Origin: Gemmatimonadaceae bacterium
Lineage (GTDB): Bacteria > Gemmatimonadota > Gemmatimonadetes > Gemmatimonadales > Gemmatimonadaceae
Direction: 5' to 3'
NCBI GenBank assembly: GCA_033763905.1
Contig: JANRJP010000075.1
Span: 1 to 62,951, forward strand
Length of the DNA stretch: 62,951 nt
The translations under genes and the position numbers were made by a program. This document shows, in pieces, positions 53,613 to 62,426 of the stretch. The notes below the pieces were generated by a model. It was not told the DNA's origin. It was given only the letters and a program-made list of their open reading frames with translations, and did no database searches. Each line of letters begins with the position of its first letter. Within the stretch, counting starts at the first letter, position 1.

Positions 53613-55598
53613 GTGCTCCTGATCCGTCGCCTCGCCGCTCCCGCCCTGCTGTCCGCCCTCGTGGCGGTCTCTGCCTGCGATGAGAGCACTGACCCGTCCG
53701 GCACGCCGGCCAGCATTCGCAAGGTCTCCGGCGACTCCCAAGTCGCCAACATCGCGGTGGCCATTCCTCGCACCCCTGTCGTCCGCGTGCTCGACGCCGG
53801 CGGTGGTCCGGTCGAGAACGCGCGTGTCACGTTCACGCCGGCCGACACGGCATCGGGCACCGTGGTCGGTGGCTCCGTCCTGACCGATGCGCAAGGCAAT
53901 GCGTCGCCCACGGGCTGGAATCTGGGTCGTCGCGTCACCGCGCAGCGGCTGGTCGCCAAGGTGGCCGGCGTGGCCGACAGCGTGGTCTTCCGCGCGCTCA
54001 CGCGGGCGCAGGGCGGCCTCGTGCTGCAGCCGGTTTCGGCGACGGCCTTCACCGCCCCGGCGTTCGAACTGGTGACGCCGCAGCCGGCGGTGCGCCTGCT
54101 CGATGCCTTCGGCAACCCGGTGGCCGGCGACTCGGTGACCTTCGTCGTCGACACGGTGCCCTTCGGCCGTCTCAATTCGAGCTTCATCGGCGCCGCGTCG
54201 ACGGCGCGCGTCCAGACGGACAGCTTGGGCGTGGCGACGATTCCGCTTCGGATCGGGCGCCGCGTCGGCGCGCACCGCGTGACGGCGTGGTTCCCCAACC
54301 AGAATGCCGCGGTCAGTCAGGTCAATCTCGACGGTGTCGCCACGGCCGGTGCTGCGGCGTCGCTGTCCCTGACGCCCAGCGCCTGCATCGGATTGCCGGT
54401 CAACGGGGCCGTTTCGGTCGGCTCGCTGCCGGTGGCTACGGTTGCCGATGCGTTCGGCAATCCGGTGCGCAACGCGACGGTGAACTTCTCGATCGTCGAT
54501 GATGCGGGCGGCGTCCTCACCGGCGCGACGGTGACCACGGACATCCTTGGGCAGGCCCGTCTCGGCGGGTGGACGACGGGCCCCGCGGCTGGCCGCAAGT
54601 CCATTCGCGCCACGGTGCAGAACACGACGCTGCAGGCCACCGCCACCGGCAACGCCGGCGCGGGCGACTTCTGCATCGAAGTGGTCTATACCGTCGAGCC
54701 GTCGGCAACGATCAAGCAGGCCTTCGAGCGCGCCGCTGACCGCTGGGCGCAGGTGATCGTCGGCTCCCTGCCGCCGGCCCGCCTCCAGATCACGAGCAGC
54801 ACGACCTGCGTGGGCGCGACGATTGCGCCGGGCACCTACGACATCCCGAACGTCCGCATCTACGCGTCGATCGTGCCGATCGACGGTGTAGGCCGCGTGC
54901 TCGGTTCGGCCGGCCCGTGCTTCTACCGTGGCACGACGTCGGGCATCGTGCGACCGGGTGAGTTGACGATCGCCGGTGGTATGCGCTTCGACTCCGACGA
55001 CGTCAACAACCTCATTGCCAACGGCACGTTCGAATCCGTGATTCTGCACGAGATGGGGCACGTGCTTGGTCTCGGGACGTTCTGGAACCCGATGGGCTTC
55101 CTCACCGACCCGGTGCCGTCGCCTGACTGCACCAATCGCGCGACCGACACGCGATACATCGGCGCCAATGCCCGACGCGAACTCGGCGCGATCGGTGGCG
55201 TCGCCAATTCGCCGGTGGCGGTCGAGAACACCAACGGTTGCGGCACGGCCAACGGTCACTGGCTCGAGAACAGCCAGGGGCCCGGCACACCGGGTTCCAC
55301 CGCGTCGGACCGCATCGCGATCGGCTTCAACACCGAACTGATGACCGGCTTCTCGGAAGGCGGCGGCGTCCCGATGCCGCTCTCGCGCCTCACGATCGGT
55401 TCGCTGCAGGATATGGGCTATACCGTCAACTACGCGGCGGCGGACCCGTACACGATGCCGCTCGCGATCTTCCTGCCGAGCGTGCAGCAGCAGCTCTCGG
55501 CCGGGCTCAAGGTGCGGTTGATCGAAGAGCCGGTGGCGCCTCCCCGTGCGGCCATCCGGACGCTGGGCACGAACATCTACCGGCCCGCGCTGCGGTAA
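53613..55598 (+). CDS. Lipoprotein with three Ig-like (Big_1-like) repeats and a leishmanolysin-like (M8) zinc protease domain
   Basis: VSAC lipobox; repeats DAGGGPV/DAFGNPV/DAFGNPV with TDxxG; HEMGHVLG, GHW, ELMTG, L.DMGY.V. Confidence 0.85.
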   Translation: MLLIRRLAAPALLSALVAVSACDESTDPSGTPASIRKVSGDSQVANIAVAIPRTPVVRVLDAGGGPVENARVTFTPADTASGTVVGGSVLTDAQGNASPTGWNLGRRVTAQRLVAKVAGVADSVVFRALTRAQGGLVLQPVSATAFTAPAFELVTPQPAVRLLDAFGNPVAGDSVTFVVDTVPFGRLNSSFIGAASTARVQTDSLGVATIPLRIGRRVGAHRVTAWFPNQNAAVSQVNLDGVATAGAAASLSLTPSACIGLPVNGAVSVGSLPVATVADAFGNPVRNATVNFSIVDDAGGVLTGATVTTDILGQARLGGWTTGPAAGRKSIRATVQNTTLQATATGNAGAGDFCIEVVYTVEPSATIKQAFERAADRWAQVIVGSLPPARLQITSSTTCVGATIAPGTYDIPNVRIYASIVPIDGVGRVLGSAGPCFYRGTTSGIVRPGELTIAGGMRFDSDDVNNLIANGTFESVILHEMGHVLGLGTFWNPMGFLTDPVPSPDCTNRATDTRYIGANARRELGAIGGVANSPVAVENTNGCGTANGHWLENSQGPGTPGSTASDRIAIGFNTELMTGFSEGGGVPMPLSRLTIGSLQDMGYTVNYAAADPYTMPLAIFLPSVQQQLSAGLKVRLIEEPVAPPRAAIRTLGTNIYRPALR

Positions 55599-55612
55599 TC
55601 GGTGCCGTGTCC

Positions 55613-55658
55613 CAACGACAACGGGCCGTCTCCTGAGGGAGGCGGCCCGTTGTCGTTG
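55613..55658. terminator. Long hairpin between the convergent M8 gene and tmRNA
   Basis: CAACGACAACGGGCCGTCTCC...GGAGGCGGCCCGTTGTCGTTG, about 21-bp stem. Confidence 0.75.
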
Positions 55659-55664
55659 CGGCAG

Positions 55665-56019
55665 TGGAGGCGGGGAGAGTCGAACTCCCGTCTTGCTACG
55701 GATTGCCCAGAGCTCTACGTGCGTATCCTGCGGTTGAATGTCTTCGTCAGCTGGCCCGCAGGCGGCCGACCGACGAATGAGCCCGCTTGAGTTTCGCGCG
55801 CCGCCCGAAGGCGTAACGACGCACTATCCCGGATTTGCGATACTCAGGCAGCCGCCCCGGGAGGGCTTCCGCCTGAGCACTGCCGAGGTAAGCCGAAGCT
55901 TACGCGGCGAGCGCCAGGTTGTTGTTGGCGTTTGTGATGTGCCAAGTGTTTTACCAGCTTCTCGGCCAGCTGGGCACGCACCCCCGAGGTCACCGACACA
56001 ATCGAAACCGGTCGCCCCC
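55665..56019 (-). ncRNA. ssrA: tmRNA; tag (A)ANNNLALAA encoded at 55929-55900
   Basis: 5' GGGGGCGACCGGTTTCGA; 3' GGGAGTTCGACTCTCCCCGCCTCCA; G3-U acceptor pair; tag ORF ends in LAA-TAA. Confidence 0.96.
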
Positions 56020-56062
56020 GAAGTACACGGGAATGGTACCCCGCCGCCGGGGGGAGTTCCAG

Positions 56063-57658
56063 TCAGCCGGGGGCGATTTCGACGCGATTTCGGCCCGCCC
56101 GCTTGGCCGCGTAGAGCGCGGCATCTGCGGCCGCCACGAGGCCATCGCGCTTCGACACCGGCACGGGGTGGCTCGCCACGCCAAAAGACGCCGTAACGGT
56201 CAACAGCGCGCCACCGGGCAGGCGCGGTGGATGGGTTTCGAGGGCGGCCCGGAGACGCTCGGCCACTTCAGCGGCGCCGTCCGCTGGCGTGCTGGGCAGC
56301 AGCACGCCGAATTCCTCGCCACCGAGGCGCGCCACGACGTCCACGGTGCGCGCGCCGTCGCGCAGGATGCCCGCCACGTGCCGCAGCACGGCGTCGCCGA
56401 CCTCATGCCCGTGTGTGTCGTTGACGCTTTTGAAGTGGTCGACATCGCACATCACCAGCGAGATCGCGCCGCCGTAGCGGTCGATCTGCCCCAGCCAGCG
56501 ATCCAGCTCCGCTTCGAAGTGTCGGCGGTTCCACACGCCGGTGAGCGCGTCGGTTCGCGCGCGGCGCTCGACCTCCTCGTAGTCCCACAACGATTCGAGC
56601 GGCGCGACGGCAATGGCCGCCAGCAGGCCGAGGTTGCGAATCGCGAGCTCGCGCATCGCACTCGGTTGATCCGACTCGACCACGAGGGCGCCGAGCACGG
56701 AGCGCCCGCGCGGCAGGGGCAGTGCGGCCAAGGATCCGGTGCGCCACGCCGGCTCGCCGGGCGCAAACACGGGCATCCCGCGAACGGCCGTGGGCGCGTC
56801 CTGCCAGACGACGGTGCGCAACTCCGCGCACGCTTCACCGGTCGCCGAGATAGGGCTGACCACCTGCCCGGCGGTCACCGGATGTCCGAGCGATACCGCC
56901 ACCACCTGCCCGCTCGCGCGGGCCGCATCCCAGCGCACGAGCGCGGCGCGGTGGGCACCGACGATCGCGACCGCGGTCTCGCAGATGCGTTCCGCCAGTC
57001 GCTCCGCATTCCGGTGGCCCGCAAAGTCCTGCGACGCATTCAACAACGAGCGGATGACGCTGTTCTGATGCGACATCGCGCGCTGCGATTCGAGCAGGGT
57101 CAGGACGCGCGCCGCGACCGCGCCGTAGGACTCCAGTTGCCGCTTGACCTGCCCGCGCTCCAACGGAAATGTGCCCGCCGCACGCACCACCAGTGCGCCC
57201 CGGGTCTCGAGCCCCGGCGTGCCCGGGACCGGTGTGGCGGCGATCTGCGCATCGTCCTTCGACGCGTCGACCGTGGTCATTCCCTCGGTGTCCGCCCACT
57301 GCGCGAGCGGCAGTGCATCGTCCAGTTCCGGTGTGGCGGTGCCGCGGGTCGACGAGAACGGGGCGAGTGAGCCGTCAGCGCGCCGACGCCAGTAGGTCAC
57401 CTCGGCGGCGCCGAGCGCATCGCGCACGAGCAACAGCACATCGCCCAGCGGGTCGCCGCGATCCCCGAGATCGGCCGGCGTGGCCGCCACGCGAAGGCCC
57501 CGCGAGGCGCGCACCGAGCCGTCCGAGAGCAGCGACTGCAACTGCTCGGTGCGGTGCCGTTGTTCGAGCAGCAGGCGCTCCTGTTGCAGGAGGCGCGCGA
57601 CGACGAAGGCCAGGCTCAGCACCGCCGCAACGAGGAGCGTGCCGAGCACCGCGGTCAT
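56063..57658 (-). CDS. Membrane-anchored GAF-GAF-GGDEF diguanylate cyclase
   Basis: TDALTG..NRR, DVDHFK.VND.HGH..GD, RTVD I-site, RLGGEEF. Confidence 0.92.
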   Translation of the reverse strand: MTAVLGTLLVAAVLSLAFVVARLLQQERLLLEQRHRTEQLQSLLSDGSVRASRGLRVAATPADLGDRGDPLGDVLLLVRDALGAAEVTYWRRRADGSLAPFSSTRGTATPELDDALPLAQWADTEGMTTVDASKDDAQIAATPVPGTPGLETRGALVVRAAGTFPLERGQVKRQLESYGAVAARVLTLLESQRAMSHQNSVIRSLLNASQDFAGHRNAERLAERICETAVAIVGAHRAALVRWDAARASGQVVAVSLGHPVTAGQVVSPISATGEACAELRTVVWQDAPTAVRGMPVFAPGEPAWRTGSLAALPLPRGRSVLGALVVESDQPSAMRELAIRNLGLLAAIAVAPLESLWDYEEVERRARTDALTGVWNRRHFEAELDRWLGQIDRYGGAISLVMCDVDHFKSVNDTHGHEVGDAVLRHVAGILRDGARTVDVVARLGGEEFGVLLPSTPADGAAEVAERLRAALETHPPRLPGGALLTVTASFGVASHPVPVSKRDGLVAAADAALYAAKRAGRNRVEIAPG

Positions 57659-57662
57659 TGGA

Positions 57663-58412
57663 TCAGGCGTGCGTGATGCGTGAGGCGGCGACGGCAGCGC
57701 CGAAGCCGTTGTCGATGTTCACCACCACCACACCCGCCGAGCAGCTGTTGAGCGCCGTCAGGAGCGGCGCGACCCCACCGAACGCCGCACCGTACCCCAC
57801 GCTCGTCGGCACGGCAATCACCGGCCCCGCGACGAGTCCACCCACCACCGAGGGCAACGCGCCGTCCATCCCGGCCACCACGATCGTCACGCGCGCGGAC
57901 CGCAGCGCTTCGACGTGCGCGAGGACGCGGTGAATGCCCGCCACCCCGACATCGGTGATTCGCGCGACGTCATTGCCGAGGGCGGCGAGCGTCACCGCGC
58001 ACTCCTCGGCGACCGGCAAGTCCGTGGTGCCGGCGGTCACGACGCACACTGTGCCCGTGCCCCGCGGCACCGGATGCCGCCCCGGGAGCCACGCGGTGCG
58101 CGCGACATCGTGCACGAGCGCGTCGGGAAATCGCTCGAGCACCGCGGCGCGCTGCTCCGCGCTTGTGCGCGTCGCGAGGAAGCCGTCGCCGTGCGCGGCG
58201 AGCCGCTCGGCGATGCCGAGCAATTGCTCGACGGTCTTCCCCTGCGCGAAGATGACCTCCGGGTAGCCCTGCCGAAGGGCGCGGTGGGTATCGACGCTGG
58301 CGAAGCCCAACGCTTCGACCGGAGGCGCCGCGAAATGCTCGATGGCCGCTTCGGGAGCGACCTGGCCCGTCGCCACGGCGCCGAGCAACTCGAGGGCGCG
58401 ATCTCGATTCAC
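57663..58412 (-). CDS. larB: LarB (NPN cofactor biosynthesis, PurE-like)
   Basis: R.G.PEVIF..GKT, AGTTDLPVAEE, DVGVAGIHR, AGMDGAL, PTSVGYG, NIDNGFGA. Confidence 0.92.
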   Translation of the reverse strand: MNRDRALELLGAVATGQVAPEAAIEHFAAPPVEALGFASVDTHRALRQGYPEVIFAQGKTVEQLLGIAERLAAHGDGFLATRTSAEQRAAVLERFPDALVHDVARTAWLPGRHPVPRGTGTVCVVTAGTTDLPVAEECAVTLAALGNDVARITDVGVAGIHRVLAHVEALRSARVTIVVAGMDGALPSVVGGLVAGPVIAVPTSVGYGAAFGGVAPLLTALNSCSAGVVVVNIDNGFGAAVAASRITHA

Positions 58413-59404
58413 GCGACCGCCCCCTCCGCCCACGGGCTCCGGAGATACGACTCGAAGATCCCCTCGATCTCGCCGAAGGTCGTCACCGCGTGCAGCTGCC
58501 GACGCAGTTCTCCTGAGTTCGGCAGGCCCTTCACGTACCAGCCGAGGTGCTTGCGGAACTCCACGGCGGCGCCCTGCGGATCCGCCTCATAGGCGAGGAC
58601 CAGCCGCGCGTGTTCGAGCGCGATGCTGAAGCGCTCCTCCACGCCCGGCGCGGGCCGCATCGGCCGACCGCTCATCAGATCGCGCGCCTGGTCGAAGATC
58701 CACGGCTGCCCGAAGGAGCCGCGCGCGATCATGATGCCCGCCGCCTTGGTGAGCTCGAGCATCCGCAGCACATCAGTGGCCTGCTTGATGTCCCCGTTGC
58801 CGAGCACGGGAATGTCCACGGCATCCACGACTGCCGCGATCTCCTCCCAGCGGGCCGAGCCGGTGTACATCTGCGTCCGCGTGCGGGGGTGCAGCGTGAG
58901 TACCTTGGCACCGGCATCCTGGCAGCGGAGCGCAATCGTCACCGGGTCGCGCATCTCCTCCGACCAGCCACTGCGCACCTTGACCGTCACCGGCAACGGC
59001 GTGGCGCGCGACACCGCCCGAATGATCTCCTGGACCAGCCCGAGATCCCGCAGACAGCCCGAGCCGCCGTTCCGCTTCACCACCTTCTTGACCGGGCAGC
59101 CGAAGTTGATATCGACGAAGTCCGGGTGAAACACGTCGGTCACCAGCGCGGCCGCGTCCGCCATCGCCGCCGGCTCGGATCCGAAGATCTGGACGCCGAT
59201 CGGATGCTCTTCCGGCGAGAAGCGGAGTTTGGACAGGGTTGCCTCGTTCTCGCGGCGGATCCCTTCGGCCGACAGGAACTCGGTGACGACCACGTCGGCC
59301 CCGTACCGCCGGCAGAGCTGCCGGAAGGGGGACTCCGACACCCCGGCCATCGGGGCGAGGTACAGGGGTACCGTGTGCGGGAGCGGGATCGGGAACGAGG
59401 CCAC
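58409..59404 (-). CDS. dusB: tRNA dihydrouridine synthase DusB
   Basis: LAPMAG, DINFGCP, TVKVR.GW, NGDI, RKHL.WY. Confidence 0.93.
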   Translation of the reverse strand: MASFPIPLPHTVPLYLAPMAGVSESPFRQLCRRYGADVVVTEFLSAEGIRRENEATLSKLRFSPEEHPIGVQIFGSEPAAMADAAALVTDVFHPDFVDINFGCPVKKVVKRNGGSGCLRDLGLVQEIIRAVSRATPLPVTVKVRSGWSEEMRDPVTIALRCQDAGAKVLTLHPRTRTQMYTGSARWEEIAAVVDAVDIPVLGNGDIKQATDVLRMLELTKAAGIMIARGSFGQPWIFDQARDLMSGRPMRPAPGVEERFSIALEHARLVLAYEADPQGAAVEFRKHLGWYVKGLPNSGELRRQLHAVTTFGEIEGIFESYLRSPWAEGAVA

Positions 59405-59485
59405 GAAGGGAGTCTAGCCACCCCCGGAAAACGCCGCAACGTGAAGATTTGACAGCACTTGCGCGCTCCGGCTACGATTCCTCGA
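59405..59485. promoter_or_regulatory. Back-to-back sigma70 promoters, both probably leaderless
   Basis: Minus: TTGCGG-N17-TAGACT-N6-GTG (dusB). Plus: TTGACA-N18-TACGAT-N7-ATG (PTS IIA). Confidence 0.6.
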
Positions 59486-59938
59486 ATGGAACTGCGCGAG
59501 TTCTTTTCCGAAGACGCCATCAAGCTCGAGCTCGACGGCACGACGAAGGACGACATCCTCAAGGAGCTCATTGGGCTGCTCGGTCTCGACGAGCGATCCG
59601 ATCAGATGCTCTTCAAGATGCTCAAGCGCCGGGAGAACCTCGGCTCGACCGGCATCGGCCGTGGGATCGCGATCCCGCACTGCCGCTCGCTCGTCGTGTC
59701 CAAGCTGCGCGTCGCGTTTGGCCGCAAGCGATCGGGGATGGACTTCAAGGCGATCGACGATCAGCCGGTCCAGTTCTTCTTCTTGATCGTGGCGCCACCG
59801 CTGGAAGTGTCGAACCAGTATCTCCCGGTGCTCGGCAAGATCGCGCAGTTCTCGAAGGAAGCCGATGTGCCTGATCGACTGCTGGCACTGCAGTCACCGG
59901 CCGAGTTTATGGCGCTCCTGCAGGAGAAGGGCGTCTGA
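59486..59938 (+). CDS. PTS EIIA (PtsN/Ntr-like) protein
   Basis: RE.LGSTGIG.GIAIPHCR, F.AIDD.PV. Confidence 0.92.
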   Translation: MELREFFSEDAIKLELDGTTKDDILKELIGLLGLDERSDQMLFKMLKRRENLGSTGIGRGIAIPHCRSLVVSKLRVAFGRKRSGMDFKAIDDQPVQFFFLIVAPPLEVSNQYLPVLGKIAQFSKEADVPDRLLALQSPAEFMALLQEKGV

Positions 59939-61050
59939 TCCCCCGGCGCCGCGCCTCGGGCGTCGCCGAACGCGGCATCCGTCGCGCCGCGCTTGGCGCG
60001 GTACACGGCGCGGTACTCGCCGCGATGCTGGTGCCGCTCGCGGCCAGTGCCCAGGTGATCTCGGGCGTGGTTCGTGAACCCACCGGTGCACTCGCGGCTG
60101 GCGCGGTCGTGGTTCTCGTGGATACCTCGGGCAACCGGATCGCCTCCTCGGTGGCCGCACTCGACGGCCGCTACAAGATCGACGTCGGCGGCGCCGGTAC
60201 CTTCTGGCTGCGCGTCACGGCGTCCCGCTTCCCGGGATCCTTCTCTCCGGCATTCACCGTCGAGCCGGGCGAAGAGGTCAGCTACGACCATACCGTGCCG
60301 ACCGAAGCCGCGCTCACCGCCCTCGAGCGGCGGGCACGCCAGTGCCCGACCGCCGCCCCGCGCGGGACCTTCGTCGGGACGCCGGTGTCGCGTATTCGAG
60401 TGGTCGACGAGGCGACGGGCTCGCTCGTCCCCAACGCGATCGTGTCGCTGCTCGACTCCACCGGGCGCGTCCGCGCCACCGGGACGACCGATGCCGCCGG
60501 CGTCGCGCCGCTGGGATATCGCGCAGACCTCAGCGATCTGCTGTGCATCCGCAAGCTCGGGATGCCGATCACGTTCCGCACCGGCAATGAGGCCCCGGAC
60601 GATCCGGCCGTGCCGTGGATGGTGTTCGTGCGCGCCCCTGCGCGCGAACTGAGCGCCGTCGAGGTTCGCGCGACGCGGCGCGAGCGGATGCGTGAACTGG
60701 GCGTGCCGCAAACGGCGCGCTTCTATGCGCTCGACGACTTCGCGGCCTACGTGCCTTCGGCGTTGAACTTCGGCGATCTGCTGCGTCCGATGAATGCGTC
60801 CGGCGTCACGCTCAAGTCGGCGAACGGTCGCGTGAACTGTGTGATGCTGCGCGGCACCGTGTGCATTCCGACGATGGTCGACAACGTGCCCAGCAACACC
60901 GTGTACGATCTGGATCCCTTCCTGATCGAGGCGATTGCCATCCTCACGCCGTCCGATGCGCAGCAGCGCTTCGGATCGCTCGGCATCAATGGCCTGCTGC
61001 TGATCTACACGAAGCGCAACGTCGGCGGTCGTCCGATCAAGCCGAACTGA
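59935..61050 (+). CDS. Secreted protein with two carboxypeptidase-regulatory-like domains and a C-terminal TonB-plug-like motif
   Basis: Signal peptide complete only from CTG 59935 (...LAASA/Q); ISGVVRE..G and VVDEATG..VP.A.V; IEAIAIL...A..RFG..G.NG.LLI.TK. Confidence 0.72.
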   Translation: MIPRRRASGVAERGIRRAALGAVHGAVLAAMLVPLAASAQVISGVVREPTGALAAGAVVVLVDTSGNRIASSVAALDGRYKIDVGGAGTFWLRVTASRFPGSFSPAFTVEPGEEVSYDHTVPTEAALTALERRARQCPTAAPRGTFVGTPVSRIRVVDEATGSLVPNAIVSLLDSTGRVRATGTTDAAGVAPLGYRADLSDLLCIRKLGMPITFRTGNEAPDDPAVPWMVFVRAPARELSAVEVRATRRERMRELGVPQTARFYALDDFAAYVPSALNFGDLLRPMNASGVTLKSANGRVNCVMLRGTVCIPTMVDNVPSNTVYDLDPFLIEAIAILTPSDAQQRFGSLGINGLLLIYTKRNVGGRPIKPN

Positions 61051-61053
61051 CGA

Positions 61054-62400
61054 TCACACCGTCGTTCGACTGACTGGGCCCGACAGCCGACGGCGCACGC
61101 GGAGCACCTGCAACACCGCCGCCGCCGCGAGCCCCGCGACCAGGCCCCACCACAAGCCACGCGCGCCCAGCGGGGTGTGCAGGCCGAGCCACCAACTGGT
61201 CGGCACGCCGAAGCCCCAGAAGCCCGCGAAGTGCATCACCGCCGGCCATCGGGTGTCACCGCTCCCACGCAGCACACCCCCCGCGACCGCTTGGGTGCCA
61301 TCGAAGAGCTGAAAGGCCCCCGCAATGGGAATGAGTGCCACCGCCACCGCCAGCGTCGCGGGATCGGGCGTGTAGGCGGACGCGAGCAACCGCGGCAAGG
61401 CCAGGAACAGCACCGCGCCGATCGCCATCGAGCCCACGCCAATCACGAACGCGGCGGCCGCCTCACGACGGGCCCCATCGAGGTCTCCACGGCCGATCGC
61501 CTGCCCCACCAGCGCCGCCGCCGCGCCAGAGACCCCGAGCGGCATCATAAACGTCAGCGCCGCGAGGTTGAGCGCCACTTCGTGCCCCGCCAGCACGGCC
61601 GTGCCGAGCCAACCGGCCCAGATCGTCACGACACCGAAGGCGAATCCCTCGAAGAACCACTGCACGCCGATCGGCGTCCCGATGACGGTCATCTTCCACA
61701 GCGCCGCGCGATCCAGCGCCGCGCGCCGCCAGGGGCGTACCGCAGGCCCCAGTGTCTCCCACCCGGCCACCCAGACCATCGCCGCCATCAGCCAGCGGGA
61801 AATCCAGGTGCTGTGCGCCGAGCCCACGACGCCCATCGGCTCGACGCCCAAGTTGCCGTAGATGAAGACCCAGTTGAGCCCCACGTTGGCCAGATTCGCC
61901 ACCACGGTCGCCACGATGACCGGCCGCACGATGTTCTGCGCCTGCAGCGTCTGGCGACCGACCGTGAACACGTTGAGTGGCAGCACCCCGAGGATGCCCC
62001 AACGCATCCACTCCGCCGCGAGGGGAATCACATCGGCGGGCTGTCGAAGCCAGATCAACAGTTGTTCGGCCGGCCAGAGCAAGGCGCTCACCAGCGCGCT
62101 GGCCAGCACCGCCAACACGAGGCCTCGCTGCACCCCCAGCGACACGCCATCGCGGTCACCGGCGCCGAACGCCTGCGCAATGATCGGATCGAGCGCCATC
62201 AGCAGGCCGAAGGCCAGCACCTGCACGTTGAACCACAGCAGATTGCCGATCGACACCGCCGCCAGCGCGGCGGGCGAGACGTGCCCGACCATCAGGGCAT
62301 CGACGACCCCCATCAGTTGCCACCCGACCTGCACGACCACGATCGGGGCGGCCAGGCGCGCGGTGGCGCGGAGATCATCACGCGTCGGGACCGGTAGCAC
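61054..62400 (-). CDS. MATE family efflux transporter (NorM-like)
   Basis: RLAAP, D..MVG, AQAFGA, G.PI....FE, FQLFDG.Q, LRG.GDT; about 12 TMs. Confidence 0.93.
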   Translation of the reverse strand: MLPVPTRDDLRATARLAAPIVVVQVGWQLMGVVDALMVGHVSPAALAAVSIGNLLWFNVQVLAFGLLMALDPIIAQAFGAGDRDGVSLGVQRGLVLAVLASALVSALLWPAEQLLIWLRQPADVIPLAAEWMRWGILGVLPLNVFTVGRQTLQAQNIVRPVIVATVVANLANVGLNWVFIYGNLGVEPMGVVGSAHSTWISRWLMAAMVWVAGWETLGPAVRPWRRAALDRAALWKMTVIGTPIGVQWFFEGFAFGVVTIWAGWLGTAVLAGHEVALNLAALTFMMPLGVSGAAAALVGQAIGRGDLDGARREAAAAFVIGVGSMAIGAVLFLALPRLLASAYTPDPATLAVAVALIPIAGAFQLFDGTQAVAGGVLRGSGDTRWPAVMHFAGFWGFGVPTSWWLGLHTPLGARGLWWGLVAGLAAAAVLQVLRVRRRLSGPVSRTTV

Positions 62401-62426
62401 CTACCGGCCCCCTCGCGTGCGCGCGC

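Noticed and set aside
50754..55259. 1501-aa minus-strand ORF and similar long antisense ORFs (8147-10756, 17572-20145, 2248-3987, 46834-48501)
   Set aside because: They are shadow frames of real genes in high-GC DNA, Arg/His-rich and without family motifs
53478..55664. Possible genomic island at the tmRNA 3' end carrying the M8 protease
   Set aside because: No integrase, no att duplication and no obvious compositional shift
55665..55700. tRNA-like T-arm and acceptor sequence
   Set aside because: It is the tRNA-like domain of tmRNA, not a separate tRNA
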